Shown here one piece after another: positions 1 through 9,179 of a DNA stretch of 64,000 nucleotides. Positions within the stretch are counted from its first letter, which is position 1, and each line of letters starts with the position of its first letter. A program made the translations under genes and the position numbers. The stretch is from an uncultured SAR86 cluster bacterium. GTDB taxonomy: Bacteria; Pseudomonadota; Gammaproteobacteria; Magnimaribacterales; AG-339-G14. The DNA is taken from positions 30,181 through 94,180 of the forward strand of contig CACESE010000001.1 of the NCBI GenBank assembly GCA_902562135.1. Reading direction: 5' to 3'. The notes beneath the pieces are model-generated. The model was not told the DNA's origin. It worked only from the letters and a program-made list of their open reading frames with translations, and did not search any database.

Positions 1-824
1 ATGGGATTTAACTTCGATATATTTTTTGAAGTGAAATGATCTTTATTTGGAAGTAGCCACAAGTTTTGCCAGATTCCAGATTCTTTATTTCTCATTAGTA
101 AGACTTTATTCTCAGTTTTAAGTAGGACCCAATCAATTTTTTTTTCTTTTCTCTTTTTTCTTACGCTTTTTAGAGGAATCAAATTTTGTATGTTTTTATC
201 ATAAGCTTTGCAATCAATTACTATTGGACATTTTTCGCAATCTGGATTTTGAGGTTTACAGATAGTTGCCCCGAGATCCATCAAACCCTGTGAATATTTT
301 TTAAAATTTGCATTGGGAAGTAAAATTTGAGCGAACTCTTTTAAAGATTTTTCTGTCTTATACTCATTCATGGGCGATTTATTAGCTGACATTCTTAATA
401 GGACTCTTTTTACATTTCCATCAAGAATGACTCCTGGTTTTTTGAAACCAAGTGACAAAATGGCACCAGCAGTTGAAAAGCCAATACCAGGTAGAGCTAC
501 TAAGTCTTCAAAATTATTTGGAAGCTTGCTGTCAAAATCTTTTCTTAAAATAATCGCAGTTTTATGAATATTACTCGCTCTAGTGTAATAACCAAGCCCA
601 GACCAAATCGACAGAATTTCGTCCAAACTTGCAACAGCCAAATCATCTATTTTAGGAAAACAAGAAATAAATTTATTGAAATATGGAATCACGGTAGATA
701 CTTGAGTTTGCTGAAGCATAACTTCGGATATCCAAACTTTGTAAGGATCTTCCTCTTGCCAAGGAAGGTTTTTTCTTCCATTAGCATCATACCAAGATAT
801 AATTTTTTGAGAAAAATTATTCAT
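1..824 (-). CDS. mutY: A/G-specific adenine DNA glycosylase MutY; the C-terminus is cut off by the left window edge, ~274 codons present
   Basis: Absent from the ORF track because it runs off the window. My reverse-complement translation from the ATG at 824-822 reads MNNFSQKIISWYDANGRKNLPWQEEDPYKVWISEVMLQQTQVSTVIPYF, a MutY/HhH-GPD N-terminus. Positions 269-210 give ATICKPQNPDCEKCPIVIDC, the Cys-X6-Cys-X2-Cys-X5-Cys [4Fe-4S] loop. Track ORFs 370-567 and 564-857 are antisense shadows of this gene. Confidence 0.9.
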   Translation of the reverse strand, partial: MNNFSQKIISWYDANGRKNLPWQEEDPYKVWISEVMLQQTQVSTVIPYFNKFISCFPKIDDLAVASLDEILSIWSGLGYYTRASNIHKTAIILRKDFDSKLPNNFEDLVALPGIGFSTAGAILSLGFKKPGVILDGNVKRVLLRMSANKSPMNEYKTEKSLKEFAQILLPNANFKKYSQGLMDLGATICKPQNPDCEKCPIVIDCKAYDKNIQNLIPLKSVRKKRKEKKIDWVLLKTENKVLLMRNKESGIWQNLWLLPNKDHFTSKNISKLNP

Positions 825-866
825 AAATTTAATTTTAAATCCTATGCTCCGTTATAATAGCCTTTT

Positions 867-1454
867 ATGAGAAAAATTGATTTAGAAAGAAATACGAAGG
901 AAACGCAAATTACTTTGTCTTTGAACTTGGACGGTAGCGGTAAAAGTGACCACAAGATTGAACTTCCTTTTTTTTCTCATATGCTTGAGCAAGTTTCAAA
1001 ACATGGTGATTTTGACATTAATTTATCAGCAACTGGAGACTTAGAGGTTGACGCCCATCATACTGTTGAGGACGTGGGAATTTGTATGGGTGATGCATTT
1101 AATAAAGCTTTAGGTGAAAAAAAAGGCATCAAAAGATTTGGGTCTGCTTATGCTCCTTTAGATGAAGCTTTGTCTAGAGTAGTAGTGGATTTTTCTGGTA
1201 GACCAGGGCTGAGCTGGAATGTTGAATTTACAAAAGACACTATTAATGATTTCGATCTTCAGTTACTTCGAGAGTTTTTTCAAGGCTTCACTAATAAAGC
1301 CCTTGCAACTATTCACATTGATAACTTAAAAGGGATCAATGCTCATCATCAAGCAGAAACTATTTTCAAAGCATTTGCTTTGGCGCTCAAACAGGCGTGC
1401 GCATTCGATGAGGCAAAGTCTGATCAGATACCTTCCACTAAAGGTTCATTGTAA
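867..1454 (+). CDS. hisB: Imidazoleglycerol-phosphate dehydratase, monofunctional
   Basis: 195 aa with IGPD histidine-rich motifs (DAHHTVEDVGI, NAHHQAETIFKAFALAL). There is no histidinol-phosphatase domain. First gene of a hisB-H-A-F run. Confidence 0.95.
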   Translation: MRKIDLERNTKETQITLSLNLDGSGKSDHKIELPFFSHMLEQVSKHGDFDINLSATGDLEVDAHHTVEDVGICMGDAFNKALGEKKGIKRFGSAYAPLDEALSRVVVDFSGRPGLSWNVEFTKDTINDFDLQLLREFFQGFTNKALATIHIDNLKGINAHHQAETIFKAFALALKQACAFDEAKSDQIPSTKGSL

Positions 1455-1465
1455 GAGGTTTTATT

Positions 1466-2077
1466 ATGCAAATAGGTGTCGTAGATTATGGTGCGAGTAA
1501 TATCTTTTCAGTTTTGAGGGCAGTAAGCCACTTAGGAGCTAAAGCCAAAGTAATATCAAAACAAGAAGATTTAAAATCGATAGATAAAATTATTCTCCCT
1601 GGGCAGGGTTCTATGGGCGCCTGTATTGAAAATTTGAAAAAGAAAAACCTCTTTGAAATTTTAAAGCTCTCTCTTTCAGAGAAGCCTTACTTAGGAATCT
1701 GCTTAGGACTACAAGTTTTATTTTCATTGAGCGAAGAATCAATCGATAGTGAAGGAATGAATATATTTTCAGGGAAAGTGGAGCGTTTCACAGAAAATGA
1801 AAATCTTAAAATTCCTCATATGGGTTGGAATCAAGTTATTTTTAAAAAAAAACACTTTGTTAATAAAAATATTCCGAATTCAAGTAATTTTTATTTTGTA
1901 CATTCTTATGCTTCAAAAGAATTAAAAAAAGATAACATATTGGCTGAAACTACTCATGGGGAATTATTTAACTCTGCAGTCATCCAAGACAATATCATCG
2001 GTGTTCAATTCCATCCTGAAAAAAGTGGCGCGCAAGGATTGAAATTTTTAGAAAATTTTATCAATTGGAAAATATGA
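1466..2077 (+). CDS. hisH: Imidazole glycerol phosphate synthase, glutamine amidotransferase subunit
   Basis: 203 aa. Class-I GATase nucleophile elbow (GICLGLQ) and C-terminal VQFHPEKS. Position between hisB and hisA. Confidence 0.95.
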   Translation: MQIGVVDYGASNIFSVLRAVSHLGAKAKVISKQEDLKSIDKIILPGQGSMGACIENLKKKNLFEILKLSLSEKPYLGICLGLQVLFSLSEESIDSEGMNIFSGKVERFTENENLKIPHMGWNQVIFKKKHFVNKNIPNSSNFYFVHSYASKELKKDNILAETTHGELFNSAVIQDNIIGVQFHPEKSGAQGLKFLENFINWKI

Positions 2078-2796
2078 TACCTATTCCTGCAATTGATATT
2101 CAAAACGGAAAATGCGTAAGATTGCAAAAAGGTGATCTGGATTCTACGCAGGTCTATTTTGAGGATCCTTCAGATGCCGCCGCCCATTGGATAGAGATGG
2201 GAGCAAAAAGAATTCATTTAGTAGATCTTGATGGAGCACATAAAGGCACGACGGTTAATTTATCGGCTATTGAAAAAATTAGACATAAATTTCCGGAATC
2301 TATCTTACAACTAGGAGGCGGAATTAGAAACTCGAGTGCTTTGAAAATTTATGACGACCTAGGTATTAATTATTTTATTTTAGGAAGCGCAGCGTTAGAT
2401 AATAAAAAATTTTTTTTTGAGGCATGCGATACTTATATAGAGAAGATAATCCTGGGGTTAGATGCTAAAAAAGGTTATGTTTCTACCGAAGCTTGGACTA
2501 AAACTTCTGAAGTCTTAGCAACGGATTTAATAATGGAATTCGAGGACTTACCTATTTATCAAATTATCTATACTGATATTGATAAAGATGGAATGATGAA
2601 TGGACCTAATTTTGAAGAAACCAAAAAACTTGCAGATGTTTCAAAATTCCCAATCATTGCTTCTGGAGGAATTTCTAAAATAGAAGATTTAGAAAAACTT
2701 TCTCTCTATGAAAATATTCATGGCGCAATTTGTGGGAAAGCTTTATATGAAAATTCATTAAATTTAAAAGAGATACTAAAAAGATTCGATAAATAA
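2074..2796 (+). CDS. hisA: ProFAR isomerase (1-(5-phosphoribosyl)-5-[(5-phosphoribosylamino)methylideneamino]imidazole-4-carboxamide isomerase)
   Basis: The N-terminus [17 protein letters not shown] resembles E. coli HisA. GGGIR and ASGGIS phosphate-binding motifs are present. I prefer the ATG at 2074 (ATGA overlap with the hisH stop) to the track start at 2065. Confidence 0.93.
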   Translation: MIPIPAIDIQNGKCVRLQKGDLDSTQVYFEDPSDAAAHWIEMGAKRIHLVDLDGAHKGTTVNLSAIEKIRHKFPESILQLGGGIRNSSALKIYDDLGINYFILGSAALDNKKFFFEACDTYIEKIILGLDAKKGYVSTEAWTKTSEVLATDLIMEFEDLPIYQIIYTDIDKDGMMNGPNFEETKKLADVSKFPIIASGGISKIEDLEKLSLYENIHGAICGKALYENSLNLKEILKRFDK

Positions 2797-3560
2797 TGGC
2801 TCTTACAGCAAGAATTATTCCGTGTTTAGACGTCAGAGGTGGAAGGGTGGTTAAGGGTATTAATTTTAAAAACATTATTGATGCTGGAGACCCGGCAGAA
2901 GTTGCAAAAAGGTATGACGCTGAAGGAGCAGATGAGATTTGTATGTTGGATATTGATGCTTCTTATCAAGAAAGATCGACAACTCTTACAACAGTTGAAG
3001 CAATTGCTAATCAGGTTTTTATTCCTTTCACGGTGGGAGGGGGTATAAAGAAGCTTCAAGATATCGAGGTTTTATTAAAATCCGGGGCTGATAAGGTATC
3101 CATTAATACCTCCGCAATTCTAGAGCCTAATCTTATTCAAGAAGCATCAAAAGAATTTGGTTCTCAATGTATTGTCGTGGCAATCGATGCAAAAAAGGAT
3201 GGAGATGCATGGTCTGTATATACTCACGGCGGGAAAAATAAAACAGAATTGAATGCAATAGAATGGGCAAAAAAAGTTGAAGGTTTAGGCGCTGGTGAAA
3301 TTTTAATGACCTCTATGGATAAAGATGGAACTAAGACTGGATACGATAATGACTTAAATAAAAAACTTACTTCACACTTGAGAATTCCATTAATTGCATC
3401 TGGCGGGGCAGGTCAGTTAAGTCATTTGGTCGACGCAATTAAAATAGGAAATGCAGACGCTGTGTTAGCAGCTAGCATTTTTCATTACGAAGAAATTTCT
3501 ATAGCTAGAGTGAAAGAAGAGCTAATGAAAAATAATATTTCAGTCAGATCAAATATCTAA
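2796..3560 (+). CDS. hisF: Imidazole glycerol phosphate synthase, cyclase subunit
   Basis: 254 aa with [13 protein letters not shown] and ASGGAG motifs. TAATG junction with hisA. Confidence 0.96.
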   Translation: MALTARIIPCLDVRGGRVVKGINFKNIIDAGDPAEVAKRYDAEGADEICMLDIDASYQERSTTLTTVEAIANQVFIPFTVGGGIKKLQDIEVLLKSGADKVSINTSAILEPNLIQEASKEFGSQCIVVAIDAKKDGDAWSVYTHGGKNKTELNAIEWAKKVEGLGAGEILMTSMDKDGTKTGYDNDLNKKLTSHLRIPLIASGGAGQLSHLVDAIKIGNADAVLAASIFHYEEISIARVKEELMKNNISVRSNI

Positions 3561-4181
3561 TTTTTTAAATTTATTATCAGAGAAAGAATAAATAATTGGT
3601 TCTCCAGTTGCAATTTCCAACTTAACAATGTCAGTTGCGGTAATGTCTTCAATGTTTTTTATTAAAGCTCTCAATGAATTACCATGAGCCGTAATCAAAA
3701 TATTTTTCTTCATTTCTAGCTCAGGTTTTATAGTTTTTTTAAAATACGGAATCACTCTGTCTGAAGTATCTTTTAAGCTTTCTCCACCAGGAGGGGGCGT
3801 ATCATAAGAACGTCGCCACAAATGAACTTGTTTTTCTCCCCATTTTTTTCTGGCTTCATCTTTATTTAAACCTGATAAATCACCATAGTCTCTTTCATTA
3901 AGAGCAATGTTTTTAATAGTCTTAATTTGTTGATCGATTTCTCTTTGAATAATTTCTCCGGTAATTTGTGCTCTCAATAATTCTGAGGTGAAATGTAAAT
4001 CAAAATCTAAATTAATTGATTTTATTTTTGAACCAGCTTTTCGCGCCTCTTCTATTCCTTGTTCTGTTAAGTTAGGATTTTTCCATCCCGTGAAAAGGTT
4101 TTTTTCGTTCCATTCGCTCTGGCCATGTCTTACCAAAACTAGAAAATTATTTTTACCTTCTTCCATAGTTAATATATTCAA
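3549..4181 (-). CDS. gpmA: 2,3-bisphosphoglycerate-dependent phosphoglycerate mutase, short ~210-aa form
   Basis: [20 protein letters not shown] catalytic RHG motif, and [11 protein letters not shown] second-histidine motif. Its 3' end overlaps the hisF 3' end by 12 nt (convergent). Confidence 0.9.
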   Translation of the reverse strand: MNILTMEEGKNNFLVLVRHGQSEWNEKNLFTGWKNPNLTEQGIEEARKAGSKIKSINLDFDLHFTSELLRAQITGEIIQREIDQQIKTIKNIALNERDYGDLSGLNKDEARKKWGEKQVHLWRRSYDTPPPGGESLKDTSDRVIPYFKKTIKPELEMKKNILITAHGNSLRALIKNIEDITATDIVKLEIATGEPIIYSFSDNKFKKLDI

Positions 4182-4202
4182 ATACGTTATGATACTCTTC
4201 TG

Positions 4203-4610
4203 ATGCCTTATTTCTTTGAATTTTTATTAACAAATTGGTTTTTGGTATTACCATTAATAATAGCCATCACTTTATTTTTTTATACTGAAAATTCAAGAAA
4301 AGCAACCAAACTAGATTCGCAAGAAGTAATTTTTCAATTGAATAATAAGAACGCTTTGTTGATTGACTTAAGAAATGAAAAAGAATTTTCAAGAGGAAAA
4401 ATAAGTCAAGCAATCTATACCGGTCCGAATATAGAAAATTGTAAGAAGGAAATAAATAAAATATCAGACAGACCAGTGATACTTTTTTGTCAAAATGGAC
4501 TTAAGTCTGATGAATTTTCTAAGGAATTAAAAAAATCTGAAATAGACGTTTATATTCTTAAAGGCGGTATAAACAGTTGGATAGCTGATGGGCTCCCTTT
4601 ATTAGATTGA
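4203..4610 (+). CDS. Membrane-anchored single-domain rhodanese (YibN-like sulfurtransferase)
   Basis: 135 aa. N-terminal hydrophobic helix ([17 protein letters not shown]), then a rhodanese fold with a CQNGLKS active-site loop containing Cys. Same architecture as E. coli YibN. Confidence 0.8.
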   Translation: MPYFFEFLLTNWFLVLPLIIAITLFFYTENSRKATKLDSQEVIFQLNNKNALLIDLRNEKEFSRGKISQAIYTGPNIENCKKEINKISDRPVILFCQNGLKSDEFSKELKKSEIDVYILKGGINSWIADGLPLLD

Positions 4611-6520
4611 AACTTATTGATATGACGCATCCATTATCTGCACTTTCAGCTGAAGAAATAGAAAAAGCTGTAAATATTTTTAATAAAGATGACAGAACAG
4701 ATAATATTTCAAGATTTAGCTATGTAAATTTATTGGAACCTTCTAAAGAGTTCATAATAAATTACAAACCTGGAGATCCATTCGATAGAGAACTCGTGAT
4801 CGTTGGAGTTGATTCTGGCTCCATAGGTTTTGAGGCAAAGATAAACTTGACTCAGCAAAAAGTTGAAAAATATGAGCAACTTACTCCATCCGCACAACCA
4901 ACTTATAACGAAAATGAAATCTTTTCAGCAATTATGTTGGTATTAGAAAATAAAGATTACATCGAAGCTTTAAAGAAAAGAGACATAAAAAACTTAGATT
5001 TAATACAGATTGATCCTTGGCCAGGTGGGGGAATGGTAAATAAACACATTAAGCCAGGTCATCGCGCTCTAAAAGCTATTTCATTTATTAAAGAAAGTCC
5101 TGAAGACAATGCCTACGCGAGACCAATAACTGGGTTAATAGCGCATGTTGATCTAACAGAGATGAAAGTGGTTGAAATTGAGGATCATGGTGTAACAAAA
5201 ATTCCAGATGCAGGCGCAAGATATGACGAAGGTTCACAAGAATTTCTGAGAACAAAACCCAAAGAAATAAATATAACTCAACCTAATGGAACAGGTTTTG
5301 AAGTTGAAGATAATTTTATCTCTTGGGAGGGTTGGAATCTTAGAGTTTCAATTGATCCAATTTCTGGCCTGGTTCTTCATAACGTTACTTGTCAAAACAG
5401 ACCTATTTTATACAGGGCTGCGATGTCAGAAATGGTAGTTCCGTATGGATCGTCAGACCCTATGCACTCATGGAAAGCCGTTCATGACGGAACAGAATAT
5501 GCTTTTGGATCTTTGGCCAATTCACTTAAATTAGGTTGTGACTGCCTTGGAGAAATTTTTTATATAGATTCTAATCAACTTAACTCTGATGGCACAGTTA
5601 AAATTATCGAAAACGCTATATGTTTGCATGAGGAAGATTTTGGCATTCAATGGAAACATTCTAATACTTTTGGAGAGGGTTTTAGTGAGGCTAGAAGATC
5701 AAGACGTTTAGTAATAAGTTCTTTTTCAACTGTTGGTAATTATGATTATGGAGTTTTTTGGTATTTATATTTAGATGGAACTGTTCAACTCGAAATGAAA
5801 CTTACTGGAATAGTAGGAGTCAGTGCATTTAATGACAAAGTTCACAACGATGCTCAAGATATGAGGCTTACAGAAGAAATAGTTTCTCCAATTCACCAAC
5901 ATTTATTCAATGTCAGATTAGATTGGTTTTTAGATGGCGGAGAAAATCAACTTTTTGAGACCAATGTTAAACCGGTTTCAAATGATTTTGAAAACTCATC
6001 AGAGTTACAATTTAAAGCATTTTCAAAACATTTAAAAAATGAAAATGAGGCAAAGAGAAACATAGATCCAAGTACGAGTAGAACTTGGAAAATTGTTAAT
6101 GGAAAAGTTAAGAATAAAATAGGAAACTCTACTGCTTATAAAATTTTACTAGGCAACAGCCCTACTTTGATGTCAGGACCTAAGTCTATTGTTGGTAAAA
6201 GAGCTTCTTTTGCTAAACATAATCTTTGGGCAACGCCATATGAAGCCAAAGAGATGTATGCTGCAGGAACACATACTGTGATGCATGAAGGTGAAGGAGG
6301 GCTATCAGAGCTCACTTTGAAAAACAGAGATATAAGTGAGTGTGATTTAGTAACCTGGATAACTTTTGGAGTAACTCATATTCCTAGGCCTGAAGATTGG
6401 CCAGTTATGCCAGTAGAATATTGTGGATTTCACCTGATTCCTACAGGATTTTTTGACAAAAATCCTACAATCAACCTCCCTTCTGATTGCAATTCTAATA
6501 GTAAATCAAATAAAGATTAA
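4607..6520 (+). CDS. Copper-containing primary amine oxidase (topaquinone enzyme, Arthrobacter AGAO-like D2-D3-D4 architecture)
   Basis: 637 aa. TPQ consensus STVGNYDYG, with the precursor Tyr codon at 5741-5743. Copper-ligand histidines in SPIHQHLF and WITFGVTHIP. Overall it runs collinear with my recollection of Arthrobacter globiformis amine oxidase (MVVPYG, LGCDCLG, ICLHEED). No signal peptide. The start is either the TTG at 4607 (TTGA overlap with the rhodanese stop) or the ATG at 4622. Confidence 0.92.
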   Translation: MKLIDMTHPLSALSAEEIEKAVNIFNKDDRTDNISRFSYVNLLEPSKEFIINYKPGDPFDRELVIVGVDSGSIGFEAKINLTQQKVEKYEQLTPSAQPTYNENEIFSAIMLVLENKDYIEALKKRDIKNLDLIQIDPWPGGGMVNKHIKPGHRALKAISFIKESPEDNAYARPITGLIAHVDLTEMKVVEIEDHGVTKIPDAGARYDEGSQEFLRTKPKEINITQPNGTGFEVEDNFISWEGWNLRVSIDPISGLVLHNVTCQNRPILYRAAMSEMVVPYGSSDPMHSWKAVHDGTEYAFGSLANSLKLGCDCLGEIFYIDSNQLNSDGTVKIIENAICLHEEDFGIQWKHSNTFGEGFSEARRSRRLVISSFSTVGNYDYGVFWYLYLDGTVQLEMKLTGIVGVSAFNDKVHNDAQDMRLTEEIVSPIHQHLFNVRLDWFLDGGENQLFETNVKPVSNDFENSSELQFKAFSKHLKNENEAKRNIDPSTSRTWKIVNGKVKNKIGNSTAYKILLGNSPTLMSGPKSIVGKRASFAKHNLWATPYEAKEMYAAGTHTVMHEGEGGLSELTLKNRDISECDLVTWITFGVTHIPRPEDWPVMPVEYCGFHLIPTGFFDKNPTINLPSDCNSNSKSNKD

Positions 6521-6541
6521 AATAATTTTTTATTTATTGAG

Positions 6542-7939
6542 TTAAAAATCGAGTTCTTGCATTTTTCTGGCAAGAGTATTTCGTCCCCAGCCCAATAATT
6601 TTGCAGCCTCACTTTTTTTTCCTTTTGAAGCTTTTAAAGCAACTTTAATTAGAGTTTTTTCAAAAATTGGTACGGTAGAGTTCAGAATATGATCTTCTCC
6701 ATTTAATAACTCTTTCGAAGCCCAAGTTTCAAGCATATCGTTCCATGTCAAATCTGGTCCTTTTTTTTGTATTATCAAATCGTTAGGGAGATCAGACATG
6801 ACAATTTCTTGAGCAGAAGAAAGAACTGTCAAAGAATGACATAAGTTTTGTAGCTGAAGAACATTTCCAGGCCAAATTAAATGTCTAAACAATTCTTCAA
6901 CTTCGCTAGAAAGAATTTTTGGCTCTGACTTTAATTCGTCACTATATTTATTTAAAAAGTAATTGGCTAGCAGAGGAATATCTTCTTTTCTTTCTCTAAG
7001 AGGGGGAAGGGCAATACGAATGACATTTAACCGGTGAAATAAATCTTCTCTAAAAGCACCAGATTTAACTTTATCGTTGAGATTTTGATTGGTCGCAGCA
7101 ATTATTCTTACATCTACTTTTACAGGATCTGTTCCGCCTATTCTATAAAACTCACCTGAGGATAAAACCCTTAAAATTCTTGTCTGCGTTTCAAAGGGCA
7201 TATCGCCTATTTCGTCTAAGAATAAGGTTCCCTCATGAGCTTGTTCGAATCTACCTAATTTTTTTTGAGAAGCTCCTGTAAAAGCTCCCTTTTCATATCC
7301 AAACAATTCTGATTCTAATAATTCGATTGGAATATCGGCCATATTTAAAGAAATTAATTTCTTTTTTTGTCTATCAGAGTGTTCGTATATAGCCCTTGCG
7401 ACTAACTCCTTTCCCGTTCCAGATTCTCCGTACAAAAGCACAGTGCTATTAGAATGTGACAGTTTACCAATAGAGTTAAACAAATCTTGCATCACATTAG
7501 ATTTACCAATAAGTTTTCCACTTTTTAAATCGATCTCTTCTTTAGAGGATGATATTTTTTGATTCTTTTTTTTCTCGCTTAGAGCTTTGGTTATTTTGTC
7601 TATTGCTCCATTCAAATCAAAAGGTTTTGCAATATAGTCCCAGGCCCCATTTTCAAAAGCTTCAACAGTCGTATCAAGATCTGAATGAGCTGTCATCATA
7701 ATAACTGGAATATTTGGGTATTCATTTTTAAAAGTATCTAAAAGATCCATTCCGTCTCTTCCAGGCATTTTTAAGTCAGTTAAAAGAACGTGAGGTTTTT
7801 CAATTTCTAAATGATTTACTACCTCGTTGCCGTCTTCAAATACGTTCACATGAAAGCCTGCATCTATCAAGCCTTTTTCTAAAATGAATCTTATAGACTC
7901 ATCGTCGTCAGCTATCCATACTTTCTTTGGTCTAGGCAT
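6542..7939 (-). CDS. ntrC: Nitrogen regulation response regulator NtrC (sigma-54-dependent enhancer-binding protein)
   Basis: 465 aa. Receiver domain (LLTDLKMPGRDG), AAA+ domain with GESGTGKE Walker A and the GAFTGA sigma-54 contact loop, and a C-terminal HTH (AAKLLGWGRNTLARKM). Overlaps ntrB by 8 nt. Confidence 0.9.
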   Translation of the reverse strand: MPRPKKVWIADDDESIRFILEKGLIDAGFHVNVFEDGNEVVNHLEIEKPHVLLTDLKMPGRDGMDLLDTFKNEYPNIPVIMMTAHSDLDTTVEAFENGAWDYIAKPFDLNGAIDKITKALSEKKKNQKISSSKEEIDLKSGKLIGKSNVMQDLFNSIGKLSHSNSTVLLYGESGTGKELVARAIYEHSDRQKKKLISLNMADIPIELLESELFGYEKGAFTGASQKKLGRFEQAHEGTLFLDEIGDMPFETQTRILRVLSSGEFYRIGGTDPVKVDVRIIAATNQNLNDKVKSGAFREDLFHRLNVIRIALPPLRERKEDIPLLANYFLNKYSDELKSEPKILSSEVEELFRHLIWPGNVLQLQNLCHSLTVLSSAQEIVMSDLPNDLIIQKKGPDLTWNDMLETWASKELLNGEDHILNSTVPIFEKTLIKVALKASKGKKSEAAKLLGWGRNTLARKMQELDF

Positions 7940-9044
7940 TTAATTCCTCCTTTAAAAATTCTGAATTTTCTTCAATTGGGAGAATTACTGAAAAGGTTGT
8001 TCCTTTAGAATCACTGATGCAATCAATTTCGCCTTTGTGCTGATTAATTATACCTCTTGCTATAGCAAGTCCTAAACCAGAAGTAATTTCTTTAGTAGAA
8101 ACTAGAGGAAAAAATATTGAATCTATTAGATCATCCGGTATACCTGGGCCATTATCTGAAATTTCAATTAAACAAGCTGATTTATGAAAACTTTTATTGA
8201 TAAAGGTTTCATAGATTATCCTAGTTCTTAAAATTAATTTATTTCCTTTCTTACTAGAATCTATCGCTTCAACTGAATTTCGTGCGAGATTATAAAAAAC
8301 TTGTCCTAAAAGATTATCGTCAACATTAAGTAGAGGAATACTTGGGTCATAATCTCTTTCAACAGAAACTGCCGTAAGATTTAAAGAATCAACAAAGTTG
8401 GGAATTTTTTCTAAAATAACGTGAACATTCAAAGGCTTTTGATTTAATTGAAAATTCTTTTTAGAGACTTGATCTATAATTTTTGTGATTCGATCAGTTT
8501 CTTTAAGAATTATATTTAAAAATTCTCTATTTTCAGGATCTTCAACTTTATTCATCAATAATTGTGCTGAGCCTTTAATTCCACTTAAAGGATTTTTTAT
8601 CTCATGAGCCAAAACTTTTGAAAAAGCATTTGTTATTACATCACCCTTAAAGCGACGCTCTCGTTTAGAATCCATCGATGATTTATCGTTATCAAAAAAT
8701 TCAAAAACAATATATTCATCTTGGTTCTTATCTTCGAAATAAGTTGCTACAAAAGAAGTCTTCTTTTTTAAATTATTTTTTAAAAATAATGTTGTGATAT
8801 GTCTTTTTAAATGTTTCTTATTTTCAAACAATTCTTGAAGCTCAAGATCATTTTTAGGCTTTTCGTGAAAAACCTCAGAAACTAATTTTCCTTCTACATC
8901 TTCTAAAGAAATATTTAAAAAATCTTCAGCAGCTTTATTCAAGTAAGTTACTTTGAGATCTTTACTGACAATAAGTAATTTTGAAGAAACAGAATCTAAG
9001 GCAAATTTTGAGAAGGATTGTAAATTATCTTTTTTCACAATCAT
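7932..9044 (-). CDS. ntrB: Nitrogen regulation sensor histidine kinase NtrB (soluble, PAS plus HisKA plus HATPase)
   Basis: 370 aa with no TM segments. H-box LAHEIKNPLSGIKGSAQLL closely matches the E. coli NtrB H-box. N, G1 and G2 boxes are present (NLARNSVEA, DNGPGIP, GLGLAIA). Confidence 0.88.
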   Translation of the reverse strand: MIVKKDNLQSFSKFALDSVSSKLLIVSKDLKVTYLNKAAEDFLNISLEDVEGKLVSEVFHEKPKNDLELQELFENKKHLKRHITTLFLKNNLKKKTSFVATYFEDKNQDEYIVFEFFDNDKSSMDSKRERRFKGDVITNAFSKVLAHEIKNPLSGIKGSAQLLMNKVEDPENREFLNIILKETDRITKIIDQVSKKNFQLNQKPLNVHVILEKIPNFVDSLNLTAVSVERDYDPSIPLLNVDDNLLGQVFYNLARNSVEAIDSSKKGNKLILRTRIIYETFINKSFHKSACLIEISDNGPGIPDDLIDSIFFPLVSTKEITSGLGLAIARGIINQHKGEIDCISDSKGTTFSVILPIEENSEFLKEELNA

Positions 9045-9130
9045 TAATTAAAGCTTTTAGTTTTAAAAAAAAGAAATTAGTTTTAGACGAGATTGTATTT
9101 GAGAATATTTTTCTCATTATCTTTTGTCCT

Positions 9131-9168
9131 AATTTGAAACTCTTCATGATAAAGAAGAGTTTCAAATT
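9131..9168 (-). terminator. Perfect 15-bp stem / 8-nt loop hairpin, 11 nt downstream of the glnII stop and upstream of ntrB
   Basis: aatttgaaactcttc (9131-9145) is the exact reverse complement of gaagagtttcaaatt (9154-9168). No U-tract follows on the minus strand, so it is not a canonical intrinsic terminator. It may be an attenuator or a stability element. Confidence 0.45.
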
Positions 9169-9179
9169 TAACTACAGTT

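Noticed and set aside
370-857. Two track ORFs (65 and 97 aa) on the + strand at the left edge
   Set aside because: Both are antisense shadows of the mutY gene, which I translated on the minus strand (1-824). mutY has clear glycosylase and Fe-S motifs.
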